From a virus, in the IMG/VR virus record IMGVR_UViG_3300046787_000130, positions 32,001 through 96,000 of that record: DNA of 64,000 nt; one strand, 5' to 3'. Position numbers and translations under genes: made by a program. Below the pieces are notes generated by a model that saw only the letters and a list, made by a program, of their open reading frames with translations, was not told the origin of the DNA and did not search any database. Shown in pieces: positions 52,546-60,405 of the stretch (the first letter of the stretch is position 1; each line of letters opens with the position of its first letter).

Positions 52546-54254
52546 TTATATTCCAAAACATTCGATGGAAGAATTTCCTGTCTACAGGAAATGTCTTTAC
52601 TGAGTTAGCACTTAACAAGCATAGCAATACGCTGATTGTCGGTGAGAATGGCGCAGGCAAGTCTACGCTACTTGACGCTGTCACGTTTGCTTTGTTTGGT
52701 AAGCCATACCGCAACATTAACAAGCCTCAACTAGTTAACTCTATCAATAACAAGGATTGTCTTGTTGAACTAGAGTTTCAACTAGGCGAGAAGCAGTATC
52801 AGATTCGTAGAGGCATCAAGCCTAACGTGTTTGAGATTAAGTTAGATGGCGAGTTGCTTAACCAAGACTCAAAGGCTAAAGACTATCAGGACATGCTTGA
52901 GCGGTTAATCCTCAAGATGAACCATAAGTCATTTACGCAGATTGTAATCCTTGGTAGTGCTTCATTCACTCCATTTATGCAACTCAACGCAGCTGACCGT
53001 CGTGCTGTTATTGAAGACTTGCTTGACATCCAAATCTTTTCTAACATGAACTCAATCGTGAAAGATAAGGTGAATGGACTCAAGTCTGAAATTAATGAAC
53101 TCAAGATTCGACTTGATAACGTGAAAGAGAAGATTGAACTTCATAAGAAGCATATTGAGGAGATGAAGAAGAATAATCAAGAGATGATTGATGCTAAGCA
53201 GACTGAGTTTGAACAAAACATTACTGCGGTCAAGGCATATCAGGAAGACCAAGAGAAGATTCAGTCTGAAATTGAAGCACTGGTTGAGCAAGTATCTGAC
53301 CTTGTTGCCGTTAGAAGCAAGAACAACAAGTTGATTAGTTTTGAGGCTAAGATTCAACAGAACATTAGCAAAACAGAAAAAGAGTTTGAGTTCTATCACG
53401 ATAACGATAACTGCCCGACTTGTAAGCAGGTGCTAGAGTCTACCTTTAAAGGCGAAAAGATTGTTGAATGCGAACGCAAGTTTGAAGAATACAATAAGGG
53501 TCTTGAGAAGTTAAAGGCAGAGCAAGAGACTGTTACTGCAAGAATCGCAGAGATTGAAGTGGTTAATAAGACCATTTCAAGTCATCAAGCCAATGTTGCT
53601 AGGACTAGTGTTTCTGTTTCTCACCTTCAGAAGTATAATATCAACCTTCAGAAAGAAATTGAAAGGCTAAGTGAAAGCAAGAGCATTAGTGCTGATACCA
53701 AGGAAGAGTCAAAGAAACTTGTTGAAGAGTATACAGGTTACTTAGAACGTCGCAAGGTAGCAACAGAAGAGAAGCAATACTATGACATTGCTGCTCAACT
53801 ACTGAAGGATGGTGGCATCAAGGCTAAGATTATCAAGCAGTACTTGCCTGTCATCAATAAACTGGTAAATAAGTATCTTGCGTCTATGGACTTCTTTGTC
53901 AACTTTAACATTGATGAAGAGTTCAAAGAGACTATCAAGTCAAGACATCGTGATGATTTCAGTTATGAAAACTTTTCAGAAGGTGAGAAGCAGAAGATTG
54001 ACTTATCGCTACTCTTGACTTGGCGCGCGATTGCGCGTATGAAGAACAGCGTCAATACCAACTTGCTCATCCTAGATGAGACATTTGACTCAAGTCTAGA
54101 TGGTAAGGGTACTGACTCATTGCTACAGATTCTTCAGACTCTACCAGATAACACTAATGTTTTTGTTATCTCGCACAAAGACCAACTGTTTGATAAATTT
54201 GCTAACGCTATTCGCTTTGAGAAAAAGCAAAACTTTTCGAGGATTGCCCCATGA
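52542..54254 (+). CDS. gp46: Recombination ATPase gp46 (Rad50/SbcC-like)
   Basis: Walker A GENGAGKST, zinc hook CPTC, signature FSEGEK and Walker B LILDE. Confidence 0.96.
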   Translation: MIIFQNIRWKNFLSTGNVFTELALNKHSNTLIVGENGAGKSTLLDAVTFALFGKPYRNINKPQLVNSINNKDCLVELEFQLGEKQYQIRRGIKPNVFEIKLDGELLNQDSKAKDYQDMLERLILKMNHKSFTQIVILGSASFTPFMQLNAADRRAVIEDLLDIQIFSNMNSIVKDKVNGLKSEINELKIRLDNVKEKIELHKKHIEEMKKNNQEMIDAKQTEFEQNITAVKAYQEDQEKIQSEIEALVEQVSDLVAVRSKNNKLISFEAKIQQNISKTEKEFEFYHDNDNCPTCKQVLESTFKGEKIVECERKFEEYNKGLEKLKAEQETVTARIAEIEVVNKTISSHQANVARTSVSVSHLQKYNINLQKEIERLSESKSISADTKEESKKLVEEYTGYLERRKVATEEKQYYDIAAQLLKDGGIKAKIIKQYLPVINKLVNKYLASMDFFVNFNIDEEFKETIKSRHRDDFSYENFSEGEKQKIDLSLLLTWRAIARMKNSVNTNLLILDETFDSSLDGKGTDSLLQILQTLPDNTNVFVISHKDQLFDKFANAIRFEKKQNFSRIAP

Positions 54255-54838
54255 GTAAGATGGTTAAGTTTGTTAATGGTCATATGATTTCGTATGAAGT
54301 ACTAAAACTAGTTGATAAGTATGACCCTATCCTACATAAGCCAACAATCCCTGTTGACTTTAACAACTTACAAGAGCAGCAAATAGACACAGCTGAATTG
54401 GCTTATTCGCTTGTAGAAACTATGAATAAGTTAGGTGGTCTGGGTTTATCTGCTAATCAGGTTGGCATCCCTTATCGCGTATGTGCTATTAATGTCGGTA
54501 AGGAAGCACACATACTTTTCAACCCAAGAGTAGTCATGATTTCTGGTAATGTATCTAAGTTAAAGGAAGGCTGTTTGTCATTTCCTGGGCTTTATCTAGA
54601 AGTTGGTAGACCTGAACTGGTAACTGTTGAGTTTTACGGTATTGATGGTGCTAAGCAAATTCAAACTTATGAGGGAGTCCATGCTATTTGTGTACAGCAT
54701 GAGATTGACCACCTAGATGGTATTTGCTACACGAAGAAAGTTTCTCCATTAGTTCTTGAACGTGAGAAGAAAAAGGTCAAAAAGAACATGCGCAAAATCA
54801 AGGAAGCAGCGCAAAGAATAGCCCGAAATTCTAACTAA
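54251..54838 (+). CDS. def: Peptide deformylase
   Basis: All three PDF motifs are present: GLGLSANQVG, EGCLS and QHEIDHLDG. Confidence 0.93.
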   Translation: MSKMVKFVNGHMISYEVLKLVDKYDPILHKPTIPVDFNNLQEQQIDTAELAYSLVETMNKLGGLGLSANQVGIPYRVCAINVGKEAHILFNPRVVMISGNVSKLKEGCLSFPGLYLEVGRPELVTVEFYGIDGAKQIQTYEGVHAICVQHEIDHLDGICYTKKVSPLVLEREKKKVKKNMRKIKEAAQRIARNSN

Positions 54839-54890
54839 TTGATTTTACAGAAGTTTTCTGCATCGACTTTTTATCAGAATCCGGTATTAT
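54832..54890 (+). promoter_or_regulatory. Composite promoter copy 1: IHF consensus plus sigma70-like boxes
   Basis: TAACTAATTGATT (54832), TCGACT (54863), 16 nt spacer, TATTAT (54885). Confidence 0.6.
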
Positions 54891-54943
54891 ATACCTATGA
54901 TGAAAACTTATGAAGTGCTGACGTGGGCGCATGCGCATAATCG

Positions 54944-55002
54944 TAAGTCATTGATTCTTAACGCTTTTTTGACATTGACTTTTACGCAGTTTCCCGTATA
55001 CT
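54944..55002 (+). promoter_or_regulatory. Composite promoter copy 2: IHF consensus plus sigma70 boxes
   Basis: TAAGTCATTGATT (54944), TTGACT (54975), 16 nt spacer, TATACT (54997); GAGGA ribosome binding site before 55027. Confidence 0.75.
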
Positions 55003-55026
55003 TTAAGGGTAACTGAGGAAAACATT

Positions 55027-57234
55027 ATGGAATTAATTCAAAGCAAATCTGTTCTTGCGCGCCTCATGGCTGCTGAGAACATCAACATTCACCACCAGAA
55101 TGTGCCCACGGCATATTTTGACCTCAAGAATCGTTCGCTTGTCCTGCCCATGTGGGGTGAGATGGACGGTTACATGTATGACCTGCTCTGCGGTCATGAG
55201 GTTGGTCACGCGCTGTACACGCCGTTTGATGGCTGGCATCACAATACGCATAGCAATCCTGCTATGAAGCCATTCCTCAATGTGATTGAGGATGCGCGCA
55301 TTGAGAAGCGCATCAAGTCAAAGTTTCCTGGGCTGTCCAAGTCATTTGCTCAGGCTTATGCTGACCTGTATGAGCGTGATTTCTTTGGCATCAAGAAGAT
55401 TGATGACCTCAATACACTGAACCTCATTGACCGCATTAACTTGTATTTCAAGTTGGGCGCGCACGTCATCGTGCCGTTCACCGATGCTGAACGTGTGTTT
55501 GTTCGTGATACCAGCAACGCTGAAACGTGGGATGACGTGGTTGAGATTGCCAACCGCGTGTATGCCTATGTCAAGCAGAATGAATCCGACAAACTGAACA
55601 GCGTTCAGGATTTGATGGACAAGTTGGCTGACATGCTACAAGATGACCTTAATGATGTTGAGTCTGATGGTCAATCTGACGATTCTATGGAGTATGATGA
55701 CGCCGAATCTGATGACAGTGAGGATGATGGCGCGTCTGGCGGCATGTCTGACGAATCTGATGGTGATGGCGACGATGATTCTGACGCTGCTGGTTCTACC
55801 GGTGACGATGAAGATTCTGAAAATAGCGAGACTCCCAGCAGCACTACCGGCATGAATGGCGGCGTCAGCGATGACAAGACGCAGACTGAACCGTCATCCA
55901 TCACGGATGATATTTTCCGTCAGCGTGAATCTGAGTTGGTGTCCAACGGCAAGGGCAACGTGTATATGTTTGACCTGCCAATCCCCAACCTGAAGAACAT
56001 TATTGTTCCTGTTGAAACCACGCTCAAAAAGTTTGAGGCTGAGGCTAATCGTTTCAATCTTGATGAGATGACGCGCCAGTCTGTTTCTGAGTTCAACTCG
56101 CGCAACAGCAAGTACATTGCTATGCTGGTCAAGGAATTTGAGATGCGCAAGAATGCCACAGAATATGCCCGTGCGCAAGTTTCTCGCAGTGGTCAACTTG
56201 ACACCAGCAAACTCCATCAGTTCAAGTTGAAGAATGACCTGTTCAAGCGGGTCACTACTATCGGCAAGGGCAAGTCTCACGGCATGCAACTGGTGTTTGA
56301 CATGTCTGGTTCGATGTATGAAATCTTCAAGGAGACTGTTGAGCAGATTCTTGTGCTTTCGGTGTTCTGTAAGCGCGTCAACATTCCGTTTGAGGTGTAT
56401 GGCTTTACTGACATTCGGCGTCTGAACCCTCATGCTGGTCAGCGTTGGACACGCGGTTATGGTGAATCTGAGGCTGCGCGTAATGCCAAGCCTACCATGT
56501 ATGGTGACCCGCATTTTAGCCTCATCAAGTACCTGTCGTCAGATATGTCGGCTAGCACATACCGTCGTGCGTTTAACATGCTTGCCACCGTTGCCATGAA
56601 GTACAACAAGCACAACAACTATTTTGGTGCTGCTATGAGTTGGGATACTGCTGGCTTTGAACTTGGTGGCACGCCACTGGCTGAGACCATGATAACCATG
56701 CGCACGCTGGCTGAACAGTTTAAGCATCGCACGGGTGTTGACCACGTCAATCTGGTCATCATGACTGACGGTGAAGGGCACGGCAACAGCACCAGTCACT
56801 CTTATAACTACGCACAAGACACTGCTTATGTTGTTGACCCGCAGAACAAGGAACGTCAGAAGATATACGGCAACCAATATGGCATAAATGAAGCCGTTGA
56901 GAAACTTGTACACAAGTCGCTGTCTCAACTAGGCATCAAGGTGATTGGCTACTACATTGCCAAGCATGCTCGCCATCTCGCGTATGCTTGCCGTAGCGTC
57001 AATGCTACTGCTATGAAGGCTGCTATCAAGAAGCAGGGATTCTTTGTTGAAACCAATCGAATTGGTTTTGACAAGTATTTCCTGCTCCCGATTGGTGAGG
57101 CTCAGGCTGAAACTATGGGTGACGTTGACGCCACAAATAAGAATGCGCTGCGCACTGCCTTCAAGCAGATGCAAAAGGGCAAGCAAGCCAACCGTGCACT
57201 CGCAACCAACTTTGCCAAGGAGATTGCACTGTAA
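55027..57234 (+). CDS. HEXXH metallopeptidase-like / VWA domain protein (CobT-like partner of the MoxR ATPase)
   Basis: N-terminal GHEVGHALYT and NVIEDARIE; acidic linker; VWA MIDAS motifs DMSGSM, GGTPL and MTDGE. Confidence 0.85.
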   Translation: MELIQSKSVLARLMAAENINIHHQNVPTAYFDLKNRSLVLPMWGEMDGYMYDLLCGHEVGHALYTPFDGWHHNTHSNPAMKPFLNVIEDARIEKRIKSKFPGLSKSFAQAYADLYERDFFGIKKIDDLNTLNLIDRINLYFKLGAHVIVPFTDAERVFVRDTSNAETWDDVVEIANRVYAYVKQNESDKLNSVQDLMDKLADMLQDDLNDVESDGQSDDSMEYDDAESDDSEDDGASGGMSDESDGDGDDDSDAAGSTGDDEDSENSETPSSTTGMNGGVSDDKTQTEPSSITDDIFRQRESELVSNGKGNVYMFDLPIPNLKNIIVPVETTLKKFEAEANRFNLDEMTRQSVSEFNSRNSKYIAMLVKEFEMRKNATEYARAQVSRSGQLDTSKLHQFKLKNDLFKRVTTIGKGKSHGMQLVFDMSGSMYEIFKETVEQILVLSVFCKRVNIPFEVYGFTDIRRLNPHAGQRWTRGYGESEAARNAKPTMYGDPHFSLIKYLSSDMSASTYRRAFNMLATVAMKYNKHNNYFGAAMSWDTAGFELGGTPLAETMITMRTLAEQFKHRTGVDHVNLVIMTDGEGHGNSTSHSYNYAQDTAYVVDPQNKERQKIYGNQYGINEAVEKLVHKSLSQLGIKVIGYYIAKHARHLAYACRSVNATAMKAAIKKQGFFVETNRIGFDKYFLLPIGEAQAETMGDVDATNKNALRTAFKQMQKGKQANRALATNFAKEIAL

Positions 57235-57245
57235 TGGTGAAAACG

Positions 57246-57304
57246 TAAGTGATTGATTCTACAAAAGAATTTCCCATCGACTTTTTCGCAGATTCCAGTA
57301 TACT
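57246..57304 (+). promoter_or_regulatory. Composite promoter copy 3: IHF consensus plus sigma70-like boxes
   Basis: TAAGTGATTGATT (57246), TCGACT (57277), 16 nt spacer, TATACT (57299). Confidence 0.72.
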
Positions 57305-57341
57305 TTATATATGATGAATAATTCAAGTGAGGTTTGATAGT

Positions 57342-58574
57342 ATGTACGCTCCCAATTTTACTGCTGCTGAGCAGATTGCTCTGCTGGATAAACTTGCCAA
57401 GCACTACAAGAGCAGCGAGTTGACCACCAAGCAGATTCTGGACTATGCTGATGCCAACGGCATCAAGATTCCATACTTCATTTTGAATAGCAAGACTCGC
57501 AAGGTTGGTCGTGGCTTGTTTGACGTATCCACCAGTGGCGCTGCGGCTGCTGGTTCGCGCAAGCCCAAGGCAGACGCTGCGGCATCCCCTGCCGCACCTG
57601 CCCCTGCTGCTGAGGCTCAGGTTGCGATGGTCGCGCAGGTGGTTTCTCTGCCCACCAAGCGTGCTGCCAACGTGACTGAATCCTATGTGCCTGAACTGAA
57701 TCGCACGTATGTGCCGTTTGGTTTCTTCAATGACCTGAAGAACATTATCAAGTCTGGTGTGTTCTATCCGGTGTACATCACTGGCTTGTCCGGCAACGGC
57801 AAGACATTCATGGTGGAGCAGATTTGCGCGCAACTCAAGCGTGAACTCATCCGCGTGAACATCACCAAGCGCAGCGATGAGGATGCCCTGATTGGTTCCT
57901 ATGAACTGATTGACGGCAACACCGTGCGCCGTGAAGGTCCAGTGCTGACTGCGATGCGTCGTGGTGCGGTGCTGCTGCTTGACGAAACGGACTATGGCAC
58001 TGAGGATTTGCTGTGCCTTCAGCCCATCCTTGAGGGCAAGCCATACTTCGACAAGAAGACTGGTGAGGTGATTCACCCTGCCAAGGGTTTCACCGTGCTG
58101 GCTACTGCCAACACCAAGGGCAAGGGTTCAGATGATGGTCGGTTCATCGGTGCTAACACGCTGAATGAAGCATTCCTTGAGCGTTTTGCCATCACCGTTG
58201 AGCAGGAGTACCCGCCTGTTGCGACTGAGCGCAAGATTCTGAGCAAGAATTTTGCTGAACTTAACATCAATGACGACAAGTTCATTGACCATCTCATCAC
58301 CTGGGCTGAGGTCATTCGCAAGACTTTCAATGAGGGTGGTGTTGAGGAAGTCATCAGCACGCGCCGTCTGGTTCACATTGCCAAGGCATACAGCATCTTC
58401 AAGAGCCGCAAGAAGGCTGTTGAACTCTGCCTAAACCGCTTTGACAATGAAACCAAGACGGGTTTTCTTGACCTGTACACCAAGGTTGACCCTGAAGTGA
58501 GCAGCGCAAACACCGCAGCCCCTGAAACGGCGCAGACTGAAGAACACCAGATGGATAGTGACATCCCGTTCTAA
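57342..58574 (+). CDS. cobS: MoxR/CobS-like AAA+ ATPase
   Basis: Walker A GLSGNGKT, Walker B LLLDE, ATANTKGKGSDDGRFIG, LNEAFLERF and ISTRRL. ATG 57342 follows GAGGT; alternative GTG start at 57327. Confidence 0.9.
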   Translation: MYAPNFTAAEQIALLDKLAKHYKSSELTTKQILDYADANGIKIPYFILNSKTRKVGRGLFDVSTSGAAAAGSRKPKADAAASPAAPAPAAEAQVAMVAQVVSLPTKRAANVTESYVPELNRTYVPFGFFNDLKNIIKSGVFYPVYITGLSGNGKTFMVEQICAQLKRELIRVNITKRSDEDALIGSYELIDGNTVRREGPVLTAMRRGAVLLLDETDYGTEDLLCLQPILEGKPYFDKKTGEVIHPAKGFTVLATANTKGKGSDDGRFIGANTLNEAFLERFAITVEQEYPPVATERKILSKNFAELNINDDKFIDHLITWAEVIRKTFNEGGVEEVISTRRLVHIAKAYSIFKSRKKAVELCLNRFDNETKTGFLDLYTKVDPEVSSANTAAPETAQTEEHQMDSDIPF

Positions 58575-58576
58575 GT

Positions 58577-58605
58577 TTGCCTTTTCAAGCATTCAGGCGT
58601 ATAAT
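58577..58605 (+). promoter_or_regulatory. Sigma70-type promoter
   Basis: TTGCCT(TTT)-17 nt-TATAAT. Confidence 0.7.
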
Positions 58606-58608
58606 AAT

Positions 58609-58659
58609 CTTGTTGGATGTAAATGTCACCGCATCCAACAAGGCTTTTTCTTGGTGACA
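58609..58659 (+). other. Predicted H-type RNA pseudoknot in the 5' leader
   Basis: Stem 1: 58609-58620 pairs with 58631-58642. Loop TGTCACC (58624-58630) is complementary to GGTGACA (58653-58659). Confidence 0.65.
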
Positions 58660-58673
58660 AATTGGAGTTGATT

Positions 58674-58955
58674 ATGTCCGCAGTTGAATCGTTTTATACT
58701 TACCTTGCTGAAGGCAATACCGTAACCACTCGCGCTGCCCGCGCAATGTTCAAGGTTGAGCACGTCAGCACTCTAGTGTACCGTTTGCGCAATGCTGGTG
58801 TTCCGGTTTACACCAACCGCTACACGACCAGCCGTGGTGAGCGCACCTTTGCCTATCGCATTGGTCAGCCATCTGAAGCATTTGAGAATGCTCTCAGCAC
58901 TCGTCATAAGGCACGTGCTCGCAAGGCACTCTACCGTCAGGCTGTTGGCGCATAA
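58674..58955 (+). CDS. Winged helix-turn-helix protein
   Basis: YL..GNTVT...A...F.V...STLVYRLRNAG..VYT...YRIG pattern; GGAG ribosome binding site at 58664 supports ATG 58674. Confidence 0.7.
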   Translation: MSAVESFYTYLAEGNTVTTRAARAMFKVEHVSTLVYRLRNAGVPVYTNRYTTSRGERTFAYRIGQPSEAFENALSTRHKARARKALYRQAVGA

Positions 58956-58982
58956 GTATAAGTCACCTTGCTTGTGACTTTG

Positions 58983-59007
58983 GGGGAGCAGAAATGCTCC
59001 CCTTTTT
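58983..59007 (+). terminator. Intrinsic terminator
   Basis: GGGGAGCA-gaaa-TGCTCCCC followed by T5. Confidence 0.9.
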
Positions 59008-59063
59008 ATTTTGTATTCCACATATATAATCTATAATAAGGCTATGTGTAATGGAGATGCTGT

Positions 59064-60404
59064 ATGGTAACTGTAATTGTAGCAAAATCAAAATTGGATT
59101 GTGAACAACTGCTTGGACAGTTTGTAGATGAATCGCATTATGATGTCGTTGTAGATATGGATGTTGATTGCTACATGCCCCGTAACTGTAATGCTGCTGA
59201 GATTCTAGATTGTAACCAAGATTGCAATAATTGCGATAAAGGGCAAGATGAGAGCCGTATTGCTTTCAAGTTCAGAAAGAATTGGTTCACTAAGGAAGAA
59301 CAAGAGCAAGCCTATGAAGGGTTGCGAGATGCCGCTACACCATCAAACAATCGCGGTATTGCTGCTGGACCAAGAGGCAGTTATTCAGGCTCACGTTGGT
59401 ATGTTACTGACTATCAGCAGAAGATTCTAGACTACATTGAACAGGAACCTGAAACATCTTTCACGCCATTCAAAGATATTCTAAAAGAGATTGATGCTAA
59501 AGAATCAAAGGAGCATAGCACTCATGGCGCTGTTTGGCTCACTGCTCAGATTGAAGAAGACAAGTTTGATTTTGATAAGTGGGTCAAGCAAACTATTAAA
59601 ATGACTGTTGCTGAACGCAAAGCAGCGGCTGCTGATGTAGTCAAGAATTATATCTCAGGCACTCACTATGCTAACAAAGTCAATTCAGGTATTGCCGGAT
59701 GGTATGACCGTTATCCCCGCGCACCTTTTGGTCGCGCAACAGCATACACGCAGCATCACTATAGTAAGTTTGAAAAGTCATTTCCATTCCTACAGTCTCT
59801 GAATAGAGGTTTCAAAGAGTTGATGCCACAGCGTTGGAGCAACCAACGTAAAGCCGCTGATACACTTGACCAACGGTTCCTAGTTCCTGACACCGTGTTT
59901 ACAACCATTACAGTAAACAAGACTTTCAGAACGGCTTGCCATCGTGACGCAGGCGACTTCAATGATGGGTTGAGCAACTTGCTTGTACTGTCTAACAACG
60001 GCAAGTACAGAGGCGGCTATCTAGTGTTTCCTGAATACCGAATCGCAGTAGATGTTCGTCCCGGTGACTTATTGCTAGTTAACAATCATGAAATTATTCA
60101 CGGCAATACTCCCATTGAAACATATGATGATGGTGAGCGTATTAGCCTAGTTTGCTATTTGCGTGAAGGGATGCTTGAGTTGGGTTCTAAGGAATATGAA
60201 GATGCGCGGTTCAACTTCGTAGAAGAGCGCAAGCGTAACAAGGAACATCCTGACTGGCGCAAAGGCTGGAATGGCATCAGTCCAGGAATGTGGACACATC
60301 ATGAATGGTATGACTATCTGCGAGAGTTAGATGAGACAATGCTAGCAAAGTATCATCCTGAAGTAATAGCAACTACATCAGCATTAGATTCACTCTGGGA
60401 TTGA
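59064..60404 (+). CDS. TET/JBP-family 2OG-Fe(II) dioxygenase
   Basis: FTTITVNKTFRTACHRDAGD (HxD), distal HGNT and R.SLVCYLRE; upstream SGIAGWYDR. Confidence 0.85.
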   Translation: MVTVIVAKSKLDCEQLLGQFVDESHYDVVVDMDVDCYMPRNCNAAEILDCNQDCNNCDKGQDESRIAFKFRKNWFTKEEQEQAYEGLRDAATPSNNRGIAAGPRGSYSGSRWYVTDYQQKILDYIEQEPETSFTPFKDILKEIDAKESKEHSTHGAVWLTAQIEEDKFDFDKWVKQTIKMTVAERKAAAADVVKNYISGTHYANKVNSGIAGWYDRYPRAPFGRATAYTQHHYSKFEKSFPFLQSLNRGFKELMPQRWSNQRKAADTLDQRFLVPDTVFTTITVNKTFRTACHRDAGDFNDGLSNLLVLSNNGKYRGGYLVFPEYRIAVDVRPGDLLLVNNHEIIHGNTPIETYDDGERISLVCYLREGMLELGSKEYEDARFNFVEERKRNKEHPDWRKGWNGISPGMWTHHEWYDYLRELDETMLAKYHPEVIATTSALDSLWD

Positions 60405-60405
60405 T

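Noticed and set aside
37656-54254. Introns, inteins or homing endonucleases in core genes
   Set aside because: gp17, gp18, gp20, gp23, UvsW and gp46 are uninterrupted and of ordinary length.
54832-57304. Repeated intergenic motif as a CRISPR repeat or att site
   Set aside because: Only three degenerate copies with irregular spacing, each tied to promoter boxes; no cas or integrase gene in the window.
57102-58076. 324-aa minus-strand ORF
   Set aside because: Antisense shadow of the AAA+ gene, explained by its codon bias; no recognisable motifs or ribosome binding site.
57342-58574. Cobalamin biosynthesis role for the cobS-like gene
   Set aside because: No CobN or other cob genes here; the name reflects MoxR-family similarity only.
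59009-59037. Promoter for the modification cluster (two TATAAT boxes)
   Set aside because: No well-spaced -35 box; plausible but too ambiguous to call.
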